Below, piece after piece: positions 41,421 through 51,642 of a stretch of 64,000 bases of DNA. Both the position numbers and the translations under genes were made by a program. Numbering within the stretch: position 1 is the first letter of the stretch; each line of letters starts with the position of its first letter. The stretch is from Paramoeba atlantica. Lineage: Eukaryota > Protista > Discosea. The stretch covers positions 248,001 through 312,000 of the forward strand of contig CDRNVI010000019.1 in assembly GCA_977017575.1 (NCBI GenBank), written 5' to 3'. Below the pieces are notes generated by a model. The model did no database searches. It was given only the letters and a program-made list of their open reading frames with translations, and had not been told where the DNA came from.

Positions 41421-42203
41421 CTACGTTTCACGTTGTGGTTCTTTTAGAACGAGGGCTGGGGCCCTTGAGCTATCAAATGTCAAGAAATTCTTGCGAAGAT
41501 CTACCATTGCAAGCGTTTTCGGAATTTCTTCCAGCTGCGGTGTGCCGGCGAATCGGTTCTTGTCCAGATACAAGAAACGTAAGTTAGGTGATAATCCGCA
41601 AAAGATTAATTCTCCACTACATTGGTTATCCGAAATTGCAAGATGAATTAGTGTCAATGGAAGCGAGTATAGCGACATTTTACCCTCAAAGTTATTCTTC
41701 CTAGCGTAGAGCATTTTGAGACTTGCAGGCAATGAAGTGAGATCAAGCGGACCAGAGAAAAAGTTCTCGCTGATGTTCAACTCGCGCAACCGTGGCGGTA
41801 GGCAGTTAAGCTCTATACTGCCTCCAAATAAATTTGTGTTCACAACAAGAGAAATCAAATCTCTGGACAATGCTGACGCCTCTATAGCACCTTCAATCCG
41901 ATTTTTCGAAAGAACAATGGTTCCAATAGTTTGAGGCAATATAGTCAAGTCTGCAGTCCCAACAAGATTAAATTCAGCGCATAACAATTGTGCTACTGTT
42001 CCTGTATCCGAAATTTGGATGCCTTCCCACTGTTGAAGGGGAATTTCTATTTTCCAGCTCGTTGGTGTATAGCTTAAATTAGCTGCGAAACGAAGCATTT
42101 CCAGCTCAGGGGCTAACCGGGAGCCATGTACCTTCGCCCCTCGAAGCCGCTTTCTAGGAGGTTGCGATTCAAAAGCCGCGACAAGAATAAGGAGATGTGA
42201 CAT
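41421..42203 (-). CDS. Leucine-rich repeat protein (about 7 x 23-aa repeats)
   Basis: Repeats of LPxxLxxLxLxxNxFxGxLxLxx (e.g. LPPRLRELNISENFFSGPLDLTS) preceded by a W...QWEGI cap. Confidence 0.9.
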   Translation of the reverse strand: MSHLLILVAAFESQPPRKRLRGAKVHGSRLAPELEMLRFAANLSYTPTSWKIEIPLQQWEGIQISDTGTVAQLLCAEFNLVGTADLTILPQTIGTIVLSKNRIEGAIEASALSRDLISLVVNTNLFGGSIELNCLPPRLRELNISENFFSGPLDLTSLPASLKMLYARKNNFEGKMSLYSLPLTLIHLAISDNQCSGELIFCGLSPNLRFLYLDKNRFAGTPQLEEIPKTLAMVDLRKNFLTFDSSRAPALVLKEPQRET

Positions 42204-42325
42204 TCTAAACTAAAGAAGACAAGGAAAGAAATCTTTTTGATCGGTAAAATTTTAGTAACCCTATTTTGTAAGGTTACAGGTGGAGATACAGGGGGGATGA
42301 GCTACATCTGGGGGGGGGTCTAAAA

Positions 42326-42698
42326 TAAAACACTGTCCGAGTTAATATTCCTGGTAGGAATATTAAGAGGGTATAGGAATATTACGAGGTACAGGAATAT
42401 TAAAAAAATTGCAGAAAAGGACCAAAAATGTTTTTGCACCGCTTCGCGGCGCGATCTTGTGCTCGTTTTGGTCTGTTTAGGGCTTGTGTGTACGTGGGGG
42501 ATGCTATTGGTATGAAAAAATCATACAAAAAAGGGAATTTCGAGGGACCAATTTTGTTGATCTCAAGCAAAGACAGGGTGGGTGTCAGGGGGAGGGGGTA
42601 GTATGAATATTAAGCACCATTCGGATACTTACTACACTACTGTATTCCTGGTAGGAATAATACGAGGGTATAGGAATATTAACCCGGACAGTGGTTTA
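42326..42698. mobile_element. MITE family A (373 bp)
   Basis: Left TAAAACACTGTCCGAGTTAATATTCC and right GGAATATTAACCCGGACAGTGGTTTA are inverted repeats. Subterminal GGAATATTA repeats are present. Confidence 0.8.
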
Positions 42699-43043
42699 TA
42701 TCGTTTCCCGCATTTTTACTTAAAAAGCATTTTGTCAAAAAATAATTTTTTATGTTGTGGTTTTATGCTGTTGTTGCAAATTTTGCATTTTTTATTTTCG
42801 TTTTTTCATTTTTCCTGTTTTTCCCCCTTCATTGATCACTCATCCCCCAACGAAGGGTGCATTCGCGTTCTTCTCGAGGGAAATCCTCTGAGAACAATTT
42901 CTCACCCCCAGGAAAAACAAAACGGACACACAGAATGCTGTTAGTTGAAGATTTCGAGAAAACAGTTTTTTGTTCATGCATTTAGTTTAATGCAGAGTAT
43001 TTAGGTGGTTGTACCCGCAAACAACGGGCTTATCCACTTTTCC

Positions 43044-46000
43044 CTAAGCTGAAACACCGCTTTCCGGTGTCCATTCCGCCTCATTCCGGCGAGACCAGAT
43101 GATATAGCTGGCTCTGCCTGCCATCTGCATCATCTCCTCGCGGCAACTTTTTGCCAGCTGTTTATCTCCATTGAAAGCTGCGTTCAGATAGCCACATGTG
43201 CCATTCGGGAAGCCACGTGCGCCTATCTCGAAGGCGATCGCGTGACAGTCGGGGTTAGTTATGCGCCGCTTGTGAAGAAGGGAATTGTACTTCTCACTCT
43301 TACGTTGGTGGGCGTTCCCATAGTTTTCCTCCCACGGCACAGTAAGCTCCAGAATGAACTCTGTACCGTTTTTGAGGAGTACCCAGCCATCAGGTCTTAA
43401 CTGTGAATCGTTCTGTCTTATCCATGATGGTGGGTCCCGTTCCCCCGCAAGATCAAAGTGAGAGGATGCCGTTTCCGGTGACTGGCGGATGTGCCGCGCT
43501 AGAGCCCTCAAGACCATATCATGGCGTAGAGTATATCGTCCTTGTTGTAGCGAACGTGTGCAGGACGAGAGAACGTGACGCACGGTTTGTGTTCTCTCTC
43601 TGCAGATCGGACATTTCAGGTCTGAGTGGGCGTTTCTACCCCACTGAGATAGCGAAGTACGGGAAGGCAAGGGGGTTAGGGTCATGACTGATGCTATGAA
43701 ACGCGTGATTTTTTCATTTTTTATGTTGTGGAGCGCAGACGCGAATTCTTGGGCGAGTTGGGGTTCGGTGGGGAACTGCCACCAAAGGGCAGCTACTGGT
43801 GCCCGTGTTCGAAGGCGCTGAATCATTTCGTCTTCGTGAATATTGCGGAGGATTTGACTGGCGCGTTGGGGATCGTCAAGATTGTTGAGGATATGCATTG
43901 CTGGACGAATTTGACCTCTCTGGCGTTTCTTTTCTTCGTCCTGGATACGGGATCGTAGTGCCTCTAGCACGTTCGGGTCACGTGATTTGTGCATTTGCGT
44001 GAGTGCTTGCCCCGTGCACTCGTACCAGAGCTCCGAGAGGCTCTTCAGGTTCCAGCCTCGGTAAGAATATAGAACCTCGGAGCTTCCGGCACGGGCCCTG
44101 TTTATCCACCGTCGGATATGCATGGTGATTCGTTTTTGGAGACGAAGGATTGACCCGAACGAGAGGCACGGATGTATGACTAATTGGAAGCGTAGTCGAG
44201 AGACAATTGCGTTACTGTATATCCAGAGTTTCGCGGGCAAGTGGTGAGCGCTATTACTGATGTTTTCCATCCAGTGTTTAATTTTGACAGCTAGTTTCCC
44301 GAATAGTTCTTTCGCTTTGTTGCGCCCCGGGTGCAAGGGTCATGCCGAGAAAGGTACTACCGGAGTCACAGATGTGAGGAATTGCGCGGTTGTAGACTTT
44401 TAGGTGTGGTTTGCGGGTCATGTATCCAGGATGTTCTGTTTCGTTACGCGTGCTCATACATTGTACCCGGCTCTTGTCGACGTTGATCTTTAGACCCAAA
44501 TCAGATAAAACTTTAGTATGAGCATTCAAAGCTAATTGCATATCCCGGTCGCTTTCGGTTACGATAGTTAAATCATCGGCGAACGCTTTCAGGAAATTGT
44601 TCATGCCGTTAGGGAGTCGCATTCCATAGGTTGGGCAGCTGTATCTGACGTATCTGAGTACTGTTTCCATGACGACGAGAAAGATGATTGGGGAAAGCGT
44701 ATCGCCCTGTAAAACTCCTCTCTTTATCGGGATCGAGCATGTAAATCCCTCGTAGCATTTAATTTTCATCGAGGCATCCTTTAATGTATCGTTGATATAG
44801 GCTGTAATGATAGGTGACACTTTGGCCCATTCGAGGGAAGCTAATATTATATCGTGGGGAACAGATCCGAACGCGTTACTCAAATCGAGCTGAGATAAAC
44901 AGTACTGACGTTAATTTTTTTTGATAGTGTTGTAGGAGAGTAGAGGGAGTTTGTGTGTGTTCAAGTGTTCCGTTTATCGAGGGAAGGAACCCTTTTTGTA
45001 TTTCGGGATCGATAACATTCTGTTCTATTAAGTGGCGGGTGAGACGATGTGCAATAATAGAGTGGAAGGTTTTCCCCAGCGTGCTAGTTAAAGAGATGGG
45101 TCGCCAGTTTTTAGGGTCGTCAGTGGCCCCTTTCTTGTGTATGAGCCTCGTGACTGCTGTTTTCCACGCGGGGGGACACACCGAGTGCATCAGCAGGTCG
45201 TTAAACACTGTCGCGAACCGTTCATGTAGCGCGGGACAGTTCTTAAGCAACACATTCGTTACGGTATCTGATCCCGGGGAACTGGCATTTCGCTTACTGA
45301 TCAAGGCATTGCTAACTTCTTCACGTGAAATCGGTTCCCATCTCATGGGTTGCGTGGCTCTCGGGCCAAGCATTTCTGCAGGCGGGAGATGAAATCTCGA
45401 GTCGTGTGGACTTAGGCTCTCACGGAAGTAGGACTCAATTTTTAATCGTTCGCAGTTGGGGTATGTGGTGTTCTCGACTTCTCGGGCGTCCGGCTTTTCG
45501 ATAGTTTCAGATGCTGCGGTCCATGGGTTTCGCGAGAATCTTTCTTGTGCCCACCGCTGGTCGAGCTCGTGTCTCTGTTTAGAAGCCTCTTCCGATTTAA
45601 TCTTCACCAATTTCCGGCATTCCTTTATCTGCGCTTGTAGCTGAGAACGGTTTGACTTGCCTTGAGTATAACGGAGGGAACGTTTCATGGTATCGAGATG
45701 TCGCTGAAGTTCAATAACTGTCTTTTCAGCTGCAAGAGGGCGGTATCGGCGCCTTGCATGTCCCGTGCTTGTTCGCAATAGGAAACCTTTTGTGGGATGT
45801 GCTTCAGTGGCGACATCGTATGCCGATACTGCGAGTGCCGCACTAAGAAGTTCCGCATTCCGTAGTGCTGTGATGGAATCCGATGGTGTGCTAAGAAGTT
45901 CGGAGCATCGTTGTTGGGCTCTCGTTTCAACATCTCTCCATTGGTCCTCGGTGAGACGAATCGTTACTTTCCCTCCTTTAATGGTGTCGTGCTTAGTAAG

Positions 46001-48099
46001 AAGGTCGAAAGCCATGTGGTCTACCTGGTGAGAGGGTCCCGAGAATGAAACTGGAGAGGAGGGGACAGAGAGGGGTGCAGGAAGCTCTGCGGAGAGGTCC
46101 GGTGGTACTTGTGCAGGAGGTGGAGAGGCAGGGGCGGGGGAAGGAGAGGAAATTATCGTGGATGGAGCGACCCGAGAGGCTCCTCCTATATGTGGCGGTC
46201 CGTGTATCTTACAACAGGGGTGGGAACATTCCAGCTTATTTCTGCATCTGTGTTTGCATGGGTTTATGCTTAGTTGGGACGTGTCACCACGGTTGCGTTC
46301 GCTTTGGATACGGTGGGGACTATCCTCCGTACGCACTATGTTCGTACTCACTTTTCCTTTCCGTTTCCACACATCTCTTGAGTGTTATATGCAGGTGCCT
46401 TAAGTGTGGAATATCTTCTCCGTTCAAAACTTTCATAACAGCACGTCCGAGAGATCCTGCTGACGAATACTTTTCGCTTAGATGTAGGTTTGTATCGTGC
46501 AGAAGCGAGGTCCAACTTGTGTGACAGCATGGTGGTTGGTTTTGATCTCGTTGAGTTACTTCAATATAGTCGCAAGCTCGGTGGGTCATGAGCTCTTCGT
46601 GCGTCGCCGCTTGTAACACCAAGTCGTGTGGGTTTCCGTTACCTAGAAGGGATTTCCGTATAGCGGTTTGGGCTGCCTGGTGGGAAGATATGCGCGCTTT
46701 TACAATTTGTGACTCGCTTGCTGCTCGAATATCTGGGAAGTACTGCCAGGAAGTGTCGGAGAGGGTTCGAATCTTCACCGGCTGTGCTCTTCTTTGGACG
46801 AAGTGGAGAAATTGCCTGCGAGGCGTCGTTCGGTGAGTTTCCAGTACCGTTGGAGGGGGGACCTCGGATTCCGAGTGAGACTTCGACTTGTCATCGAATA
46901 TCCAATCAGGTACCTCATCGAGGTGTCTCGCCGATGCGTCTTCGTATAGTTTAATTTTTGACTGGGTTCTGCAAGATTCTATGCTCGATGGGGCATTTGA
47001 AGCTGTGCATGTGTGATTCGCCGGCTGTTTCGGTTGCGGGATACGTGTAGTGGTGCAAGGTTGTACTCCGCGGGAGCTATGCTCGATGTTCACAGCTTTT
47101 CGGTTTTCGAGGTGGGACTGGTGCGTTCTACAGTTCTTTCCGGTTTCTGTTTCTTTTTGCGGACGGTTAGGTGCCTGGGTGTTCGTCTGGATACAGAAGT
47201 ACCATCGAAGGACGCGAAATAAGAGTTTGCTTAGGGCCATAAGCAAGGCGCTCGCGGACATTCCGCGTACGTTTGTGCGTATTGTGTTAATCGCGTTAAA
47301 GAAGGTCTGGAGAAGTATCCAGGATGTGTGCAACTGTTTGCCTACATATGTTACCGAAGTCCATGTAGCAGTGGTATAGTAATGACATGTTTTCAGGAAA
47401 GCACAAGGGATCAAAAGGCACCGAAAGACGAGTCCAGTTGTGGAGTTGCATAAGCCTTTCAAGATGTAGAGCACTTGACGTATAGGGATCTTATTGCCAA
47501 GAGTTTCCGGTTTAGGGCTTTCTTCGCATTTCGCCTGCATGTACCTCTTACGACATGGATGTTTACACTTCGGATTATTCTTGCAGGAGTGCTTGCAGGG
47601 AGCTGTGGAGACAGTGGGGCTGGGGGGATTCTGTGTCCTGGGGAGAATTTGTGGGCAAAATGTTCGCATGCTCCAATAGAAGGCAGTGAGAAGTGCAAAA
47701 GCTTTAAGTGCGCAGTAGAGCAATCGAGTAAGTTTTTCTGAGTGTTTGGTTTCGTGTCATGCGTGTTAATCGCGTGTCTTTTGCAGCATTTATGAAGGCA
47801 TGTATTCTTGTTCAAACATTTATGTTTGCAGGGGGCGTCTGTGACTGGGTGTGTTGCCATTTTCGGAGATTGTGTGGCATCTTTGATGTCGTGGGGTGAT
47901 GATGCGGGCATTAGAGACAAGCTATTCTGCTCGGAGGAGAGGCTTGCGTGGTCACAGGTGGCAGTGTTTCGCTTAGGGACGCCGCGTGGTCCTCTTGTAA
48001 GGTCCTGCGGCGCATCAGCATGAGTTCGTCGGGGAACGTGTCGCGTCATGAAGATAGCAGTTTAAGCAAAAGTATTCAACAAGGTACAGAAACTGTATC
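43044..48099 (-). mobile_element. Non-LTR retrotransposon with RT and restriction-like endonuclease (R2/NeSL/HERO-type), frameshifted about four times
   Basis: RT: WRPISL, QKGF, LDLSNAFGSV, GVLQGDTLSP, AFADDL, GLKIN..KS, FLG. C-terminus: CPIC...HVLSSC, RHDMVL, RPDG, LELTVPWE, KSEKY. The ORF segments 47459-48049, 46320-47723, 44876-46372, 44278-44883 and 43044-44336 overlap in successive frames. Confidence 0.92.
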
Positions 48100-48104
48100 T
48101 TTAT
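48077..48104 (-). other. Spliced-leader-exon-like sequence
   Basis: The minus strand reads ATAAAGATACAGTTTCTGTACCTTGTTG, containing the kinetoplastid SL core GATACAGTTTCTGTAC and the terminal TTG. It ends 27 nt before the retroelement ATG at 48049. Confidence 0.72.
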
Positions 48105-48189
48105 TTTCTCTTTAACATTTTCTGACATGGGTCATTTTCTGTAACAGCTCGAAAATTTCATGTGTATGAAAGCACTGTCAAGTTGCGGG

Positions 48190-49080
48190 TGTAACGTCAT
48201 CGGGCGACAAGTGATGTTCAAAACATACCAGGCAAGAGATCTCGCCTTGTGCGCACCGATGCTTTGCTGGGAACAGCTCTGAAAATCTTAGCAGGAATAG
48301 CCCATGTCCATCCTGGAATTTCGTGCTGAGGGATCTTCATAAGGCTGAGTTCCAGAGTTCCAAACAAACTCTCAAGCGTTTACTTAGGGAACACGGTGTT
48401 GGAGTTCAGAGGTTCAGTAAGAAGCCCTATCTCACGGAGAGGCATAAACTTAAATGTTCACACTTCGCCCAAGAGATGGTAATCTGGACCGAACAAGAAT
48501 TCTCGCACATCATTTGGTGTGATGAGAAGCTTTTCCGGTGAGGTTGCCGCGGGAGTCAAACTTTCATTGGACGCGAAGGCGACGTCGAAAAATATTCTGC
48601 GACCCCTGGAATGGATGGTTGGGTCGGGGGGAAGGGTATTATGGTATGGATGGGGGTTAGTCTTAGATATGGGGGGTTCATCCACATTTTCGCTGGAGAT
48701 TCATCTGTGAATGGGGAAGATTTTAAAAGGCCATGACAAAGAGGGGGGGATTTCTTTCATTTCTTAACCGCCATCCTTCAGCTGTTGTTGTGATGGACAA
48801 CTCAACTGTGCACAACAAAGCACGTACTCCTTTCAAGGATAACGGGGTCAGAATGCTAGATTGGCCACCCAAATCTCCAGACATGACTCCTATCAAAAAT
48901 TTATGGTCAATCTTGGATGTCATAAAGTGCAGAAAAAATACATTGAACTGTGATTTATTGAAAGAATCCATCACAGCCTCGTACAGTGAGCTGCTTAGTG
49001 AAGTTGGTTTCGTTGAACGCACATCAAAAAGTGTGTCAAACAGAATGAGGATTGTTATAGAGGAGGGGGCACTGTGGGTA
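48190..49080 (+). pseudogene. Tc1/mariner (IS630-Tc1) transposase pseudogene
   Basis: SKQTLKRLLREHG..KKPYLTERH, IIWCDEKLF (D1), VMDNSTVH (D2), LDWPPKSPDMTPIKNLW (catalytic E replaced by K). Broken over several frames. Confidence 0.88.
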
Positions 49081-49505
49081 CTAGGTTCGTCTGCTCAATT
49101 TTATGCCAAAAAGGTGAAATTTCAATGGCTCAATGGCTCGGCCGCTAGGATGATTGCATGTAGGTAAAGTAGACCGAATTAAACCACTGTCCGGGTTAAT
49201 ATTCCTGGTAGGAATGTTAAGAGGGTATAGGGTATACAATTACAAGCTTCAGCAGCAATCTAAAAATATAATCATTTGTTCATTTCACATCACTAGAATC
49301 AGTACAGAACATTCATAAAATCTTTAATGTCACTAATACATGAGGAAGAGGACCTAATATATTGTAGGATGTCTTCTATCAAAGATTCTTTTTTGTATAC
49401 TTTCTTTTATCCCTTATTACCACACTCCTTCAGTGTGTTAACGGCTTTTTTACTCTTTTAACGTCAAATACTCTAGCCCCATATTCTTTCATCAATTTTT
49501 ATAAT

Positions 49506-49858
49506 TAAACCCTGTTCCGGGTTATTGTGCCCCCCCTGCACAATAACTGGCTCTAGGCACAATAACTAAGTATTGGAAAACCAAAAAAAGGGTTAAAAAA
49601 AATTGGCGTCGCTTCACGTCGCCTTTTTTATGGACAAACACGTTCATGTGCAGAAAAAGTTCTATTTAAGGGATGCGTTGTTGAACAAACTACGTTATTT
49701 TCGAGAAAATGGAAATAAAAAACAACCAAAAAGTTACGGCGCCGCCTGGCGGCGCCATATTTTGGAGGGGGGGGCACGACAATAGTGGTTGTTTCCACTT
49801 ATTGTGCCCTCCCTGCACAATAAGTAGCTCTAGGCACAATAACCCGGAACAGGGTTTA
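49506..49858. mobile_element. MITE family B (353 bp), nested in the family A element
   Basis: Perfect 26-bp TIR TAAACCCTGTTCCGGGTTATTGTGCC at 49506-49531 and 49833-49858. A subterminal hairpin block is repeated at both ends. Confidence 0.85.
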
Positions 49859-50320
49859 TGATTATAATTATAGCTGATTTTTTGTTATAAAATATAATTT
49901 ATAAAAATTAATGAGAGGGGGAGTATTACATCTGCAACATTCGGTCCCTAGCTACGAACGCGAGATACGCTCGAAGGTGAATTTGATCGCTTGATCAGTG
50001 ATTCGGGACGACAAGTCCAAGAAGATTACTGGGAAAGCTCAGCTTCGCAAAAATACAAGCATATCCGAGTATTCCGCCAAGCAATACCGTCAAAGTACTT
50101 ATTAACAGAGTAATAATCATTGGAATAAAAATTAACGGAATAATTTCTGCCCGAAAAAAACATTCCGTTAAATATTATTGCGGGAGTTGTTTACAACCCC
50201 TGCCTCTCCCTTCTTTATGGTGTCCGGGGTAGGGTGGATCCAGCAGGGTGAGAAAAGGGGGTCCGGCCCTCCCTCTCCTCGATTTGGGCACAAATAACGG
50301 TGCTTAAAAACATAGGTCGC

Positions 50321-50398
50321 GGGACTCGAACCCAGGTGGTCCAATGGGTAAGACCTGCCGTCGATAATCTGGTGGTCGCAGGTTCGACTCCGGGCGGA
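50321..50398 (+). other. tRNA-like Pol III A-box/B-box element (pseudo-tRNA or SINE head)
   Basis: A-box-like TGGTCCAATGG at 50337-50347 and B-box GGTTCGACTCC at 50381-50391. A second B-box GGTTCGAGTCCC lies on the minus strand at 50321-50332. The cloverleaf stems do not pair cleanly. Confidence 0.4.
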
Positions 50399-50405
50399 TA
50401 TATTT

Positions 50406-50532
50406 TGAGCCATACGCGGCGCCGTTAATGGGAAGCAATTTGCGAAGCCGAAGGGGGGGAGTATGGCGAGAGCCCGCGTGAGCGTGCCTGAGCCATACGC
50501 GGCGTCGTTAGTGGGAAGCAATTTGCGAAGCC
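50406..50532. repeat. 44-bp direct repeat pair
   Basis: TGAGCCATACGCGGCG(C/T)CGTTA(A/G)TGGGAAGCAATTTGCGAAGCC at 50406-50449 and 50489-50532. Confidence 0.85.
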
Positions 50533-51642
50533 CGTTTTACAACAACCACCACTTTTTAACGAAGCAGCTAGCACACCGACATTATTGTTAATAAGTACTT
50601 TGACGGTAAATCGGATTCACTTTTCGGAAACGCACGCAGAACTTGAATTTGGCCGCATGCTTCACATCGAGAATAAGAAGCATCATCTTTCAAATGATCT
50701 GATGGAAGGTATGGTGAGTGTGTTTTTTAACGACCCACGAAATCTTGATCGACATAAGGTACGCGTGTCTCGGGAGGAAGCACTACCCGCTTATCCCTCG
50801 GAGTACAACGGTGAAAGTAAAGGAAAATTCGCTTTTTTATGACTTTTTAGCTTGACATTTTTCTTTTCAACAAAAGGACATTATCTACGTACATAATATT
50901 GTGTATGACTATTGTATACTCATTTTCCGTTATTTTCTATGGTATGCCAGGGGTGTCGTGGGTGCGCTTGTCGATGACAGTTCACCCTCAGCCGTATATC
51001 ACGCTGATCGGAAGCACAGTGCGAGCACTGGCTTCGAAGGCACGGGCTTGTCACGAGAAGCGTTTTCTGTGGAAAAAGGACACACTCATCAACAAAAGAA
51101 ATGGAATTAGAGGATAGTGTGTGGCACTGTACTAAGAAATGCAAGAGTAGATTTCTAGATAGGGTGTAAACTAGGGTGTAAAGCAAATGTTTTTCAAAAT
51201 AGGCGAATTTTCCTTTACTTTAACCAGTACAACACACATGCAACTGGGTGAAGCTACTTCTAGGAAAAGAGTATGAGATAACTCACAAAGATTTTCTTCT
51301 ACTATTGGATCTTCACTCTGCGTGCAAGGCACTGGATGACTTGCAGATTGTTCGGTGACGGGAGGACAAATTAATTATTACTGATACTGACTTCAGACGA
51401 AAGGAAAAGTTGTTTAAGTGCAGAATATCAGAAGTCAATGCTCAAGAAAGCACTGTATCGGCATTTTCTTCAACGGGATTCAATATGCTAAAAAATTGGA
51501 AAATGGTTCATTTTGAACTTAAATGCAAAGCGCGGGTTCGGTGCGGGTTCGGTGATGCACACACTCCTAACCGAAGCCCCTCAATTATTGTGGTAAAGCA
51601 GGAATATTAACCCGGACAGTGGTTTAGTTCATATTGTCAAAA

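Larger units (their letters stand above)
49180..51626. mobile_element. TIR element family A (2.45 kb, non-autonomous)
   Basis: Perfect 28-bp inverted repeat TAAACCACTGTCCGGGTTAATATTCCTG at 49180-49207 and 51599-51626. The terminal TA is probably the target-site duplication. Confidence 0.75.

Noticed and set aside
42935-42947. AACTAAC (SL 5' heptamer) on the minus strand downstream of the retroelement
   Set aside because: The following sequence (AGCATTCTGTG) does not continue as an SL exon or intron. A 7-mer is not significant.
44900-44925. A8 run at the RT frameshift as a programmed slippery site
   Set aside because: The needed shift is +1 rather than -1 and the element has several other frameshifts. 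Decay or sequencing error is simpler.
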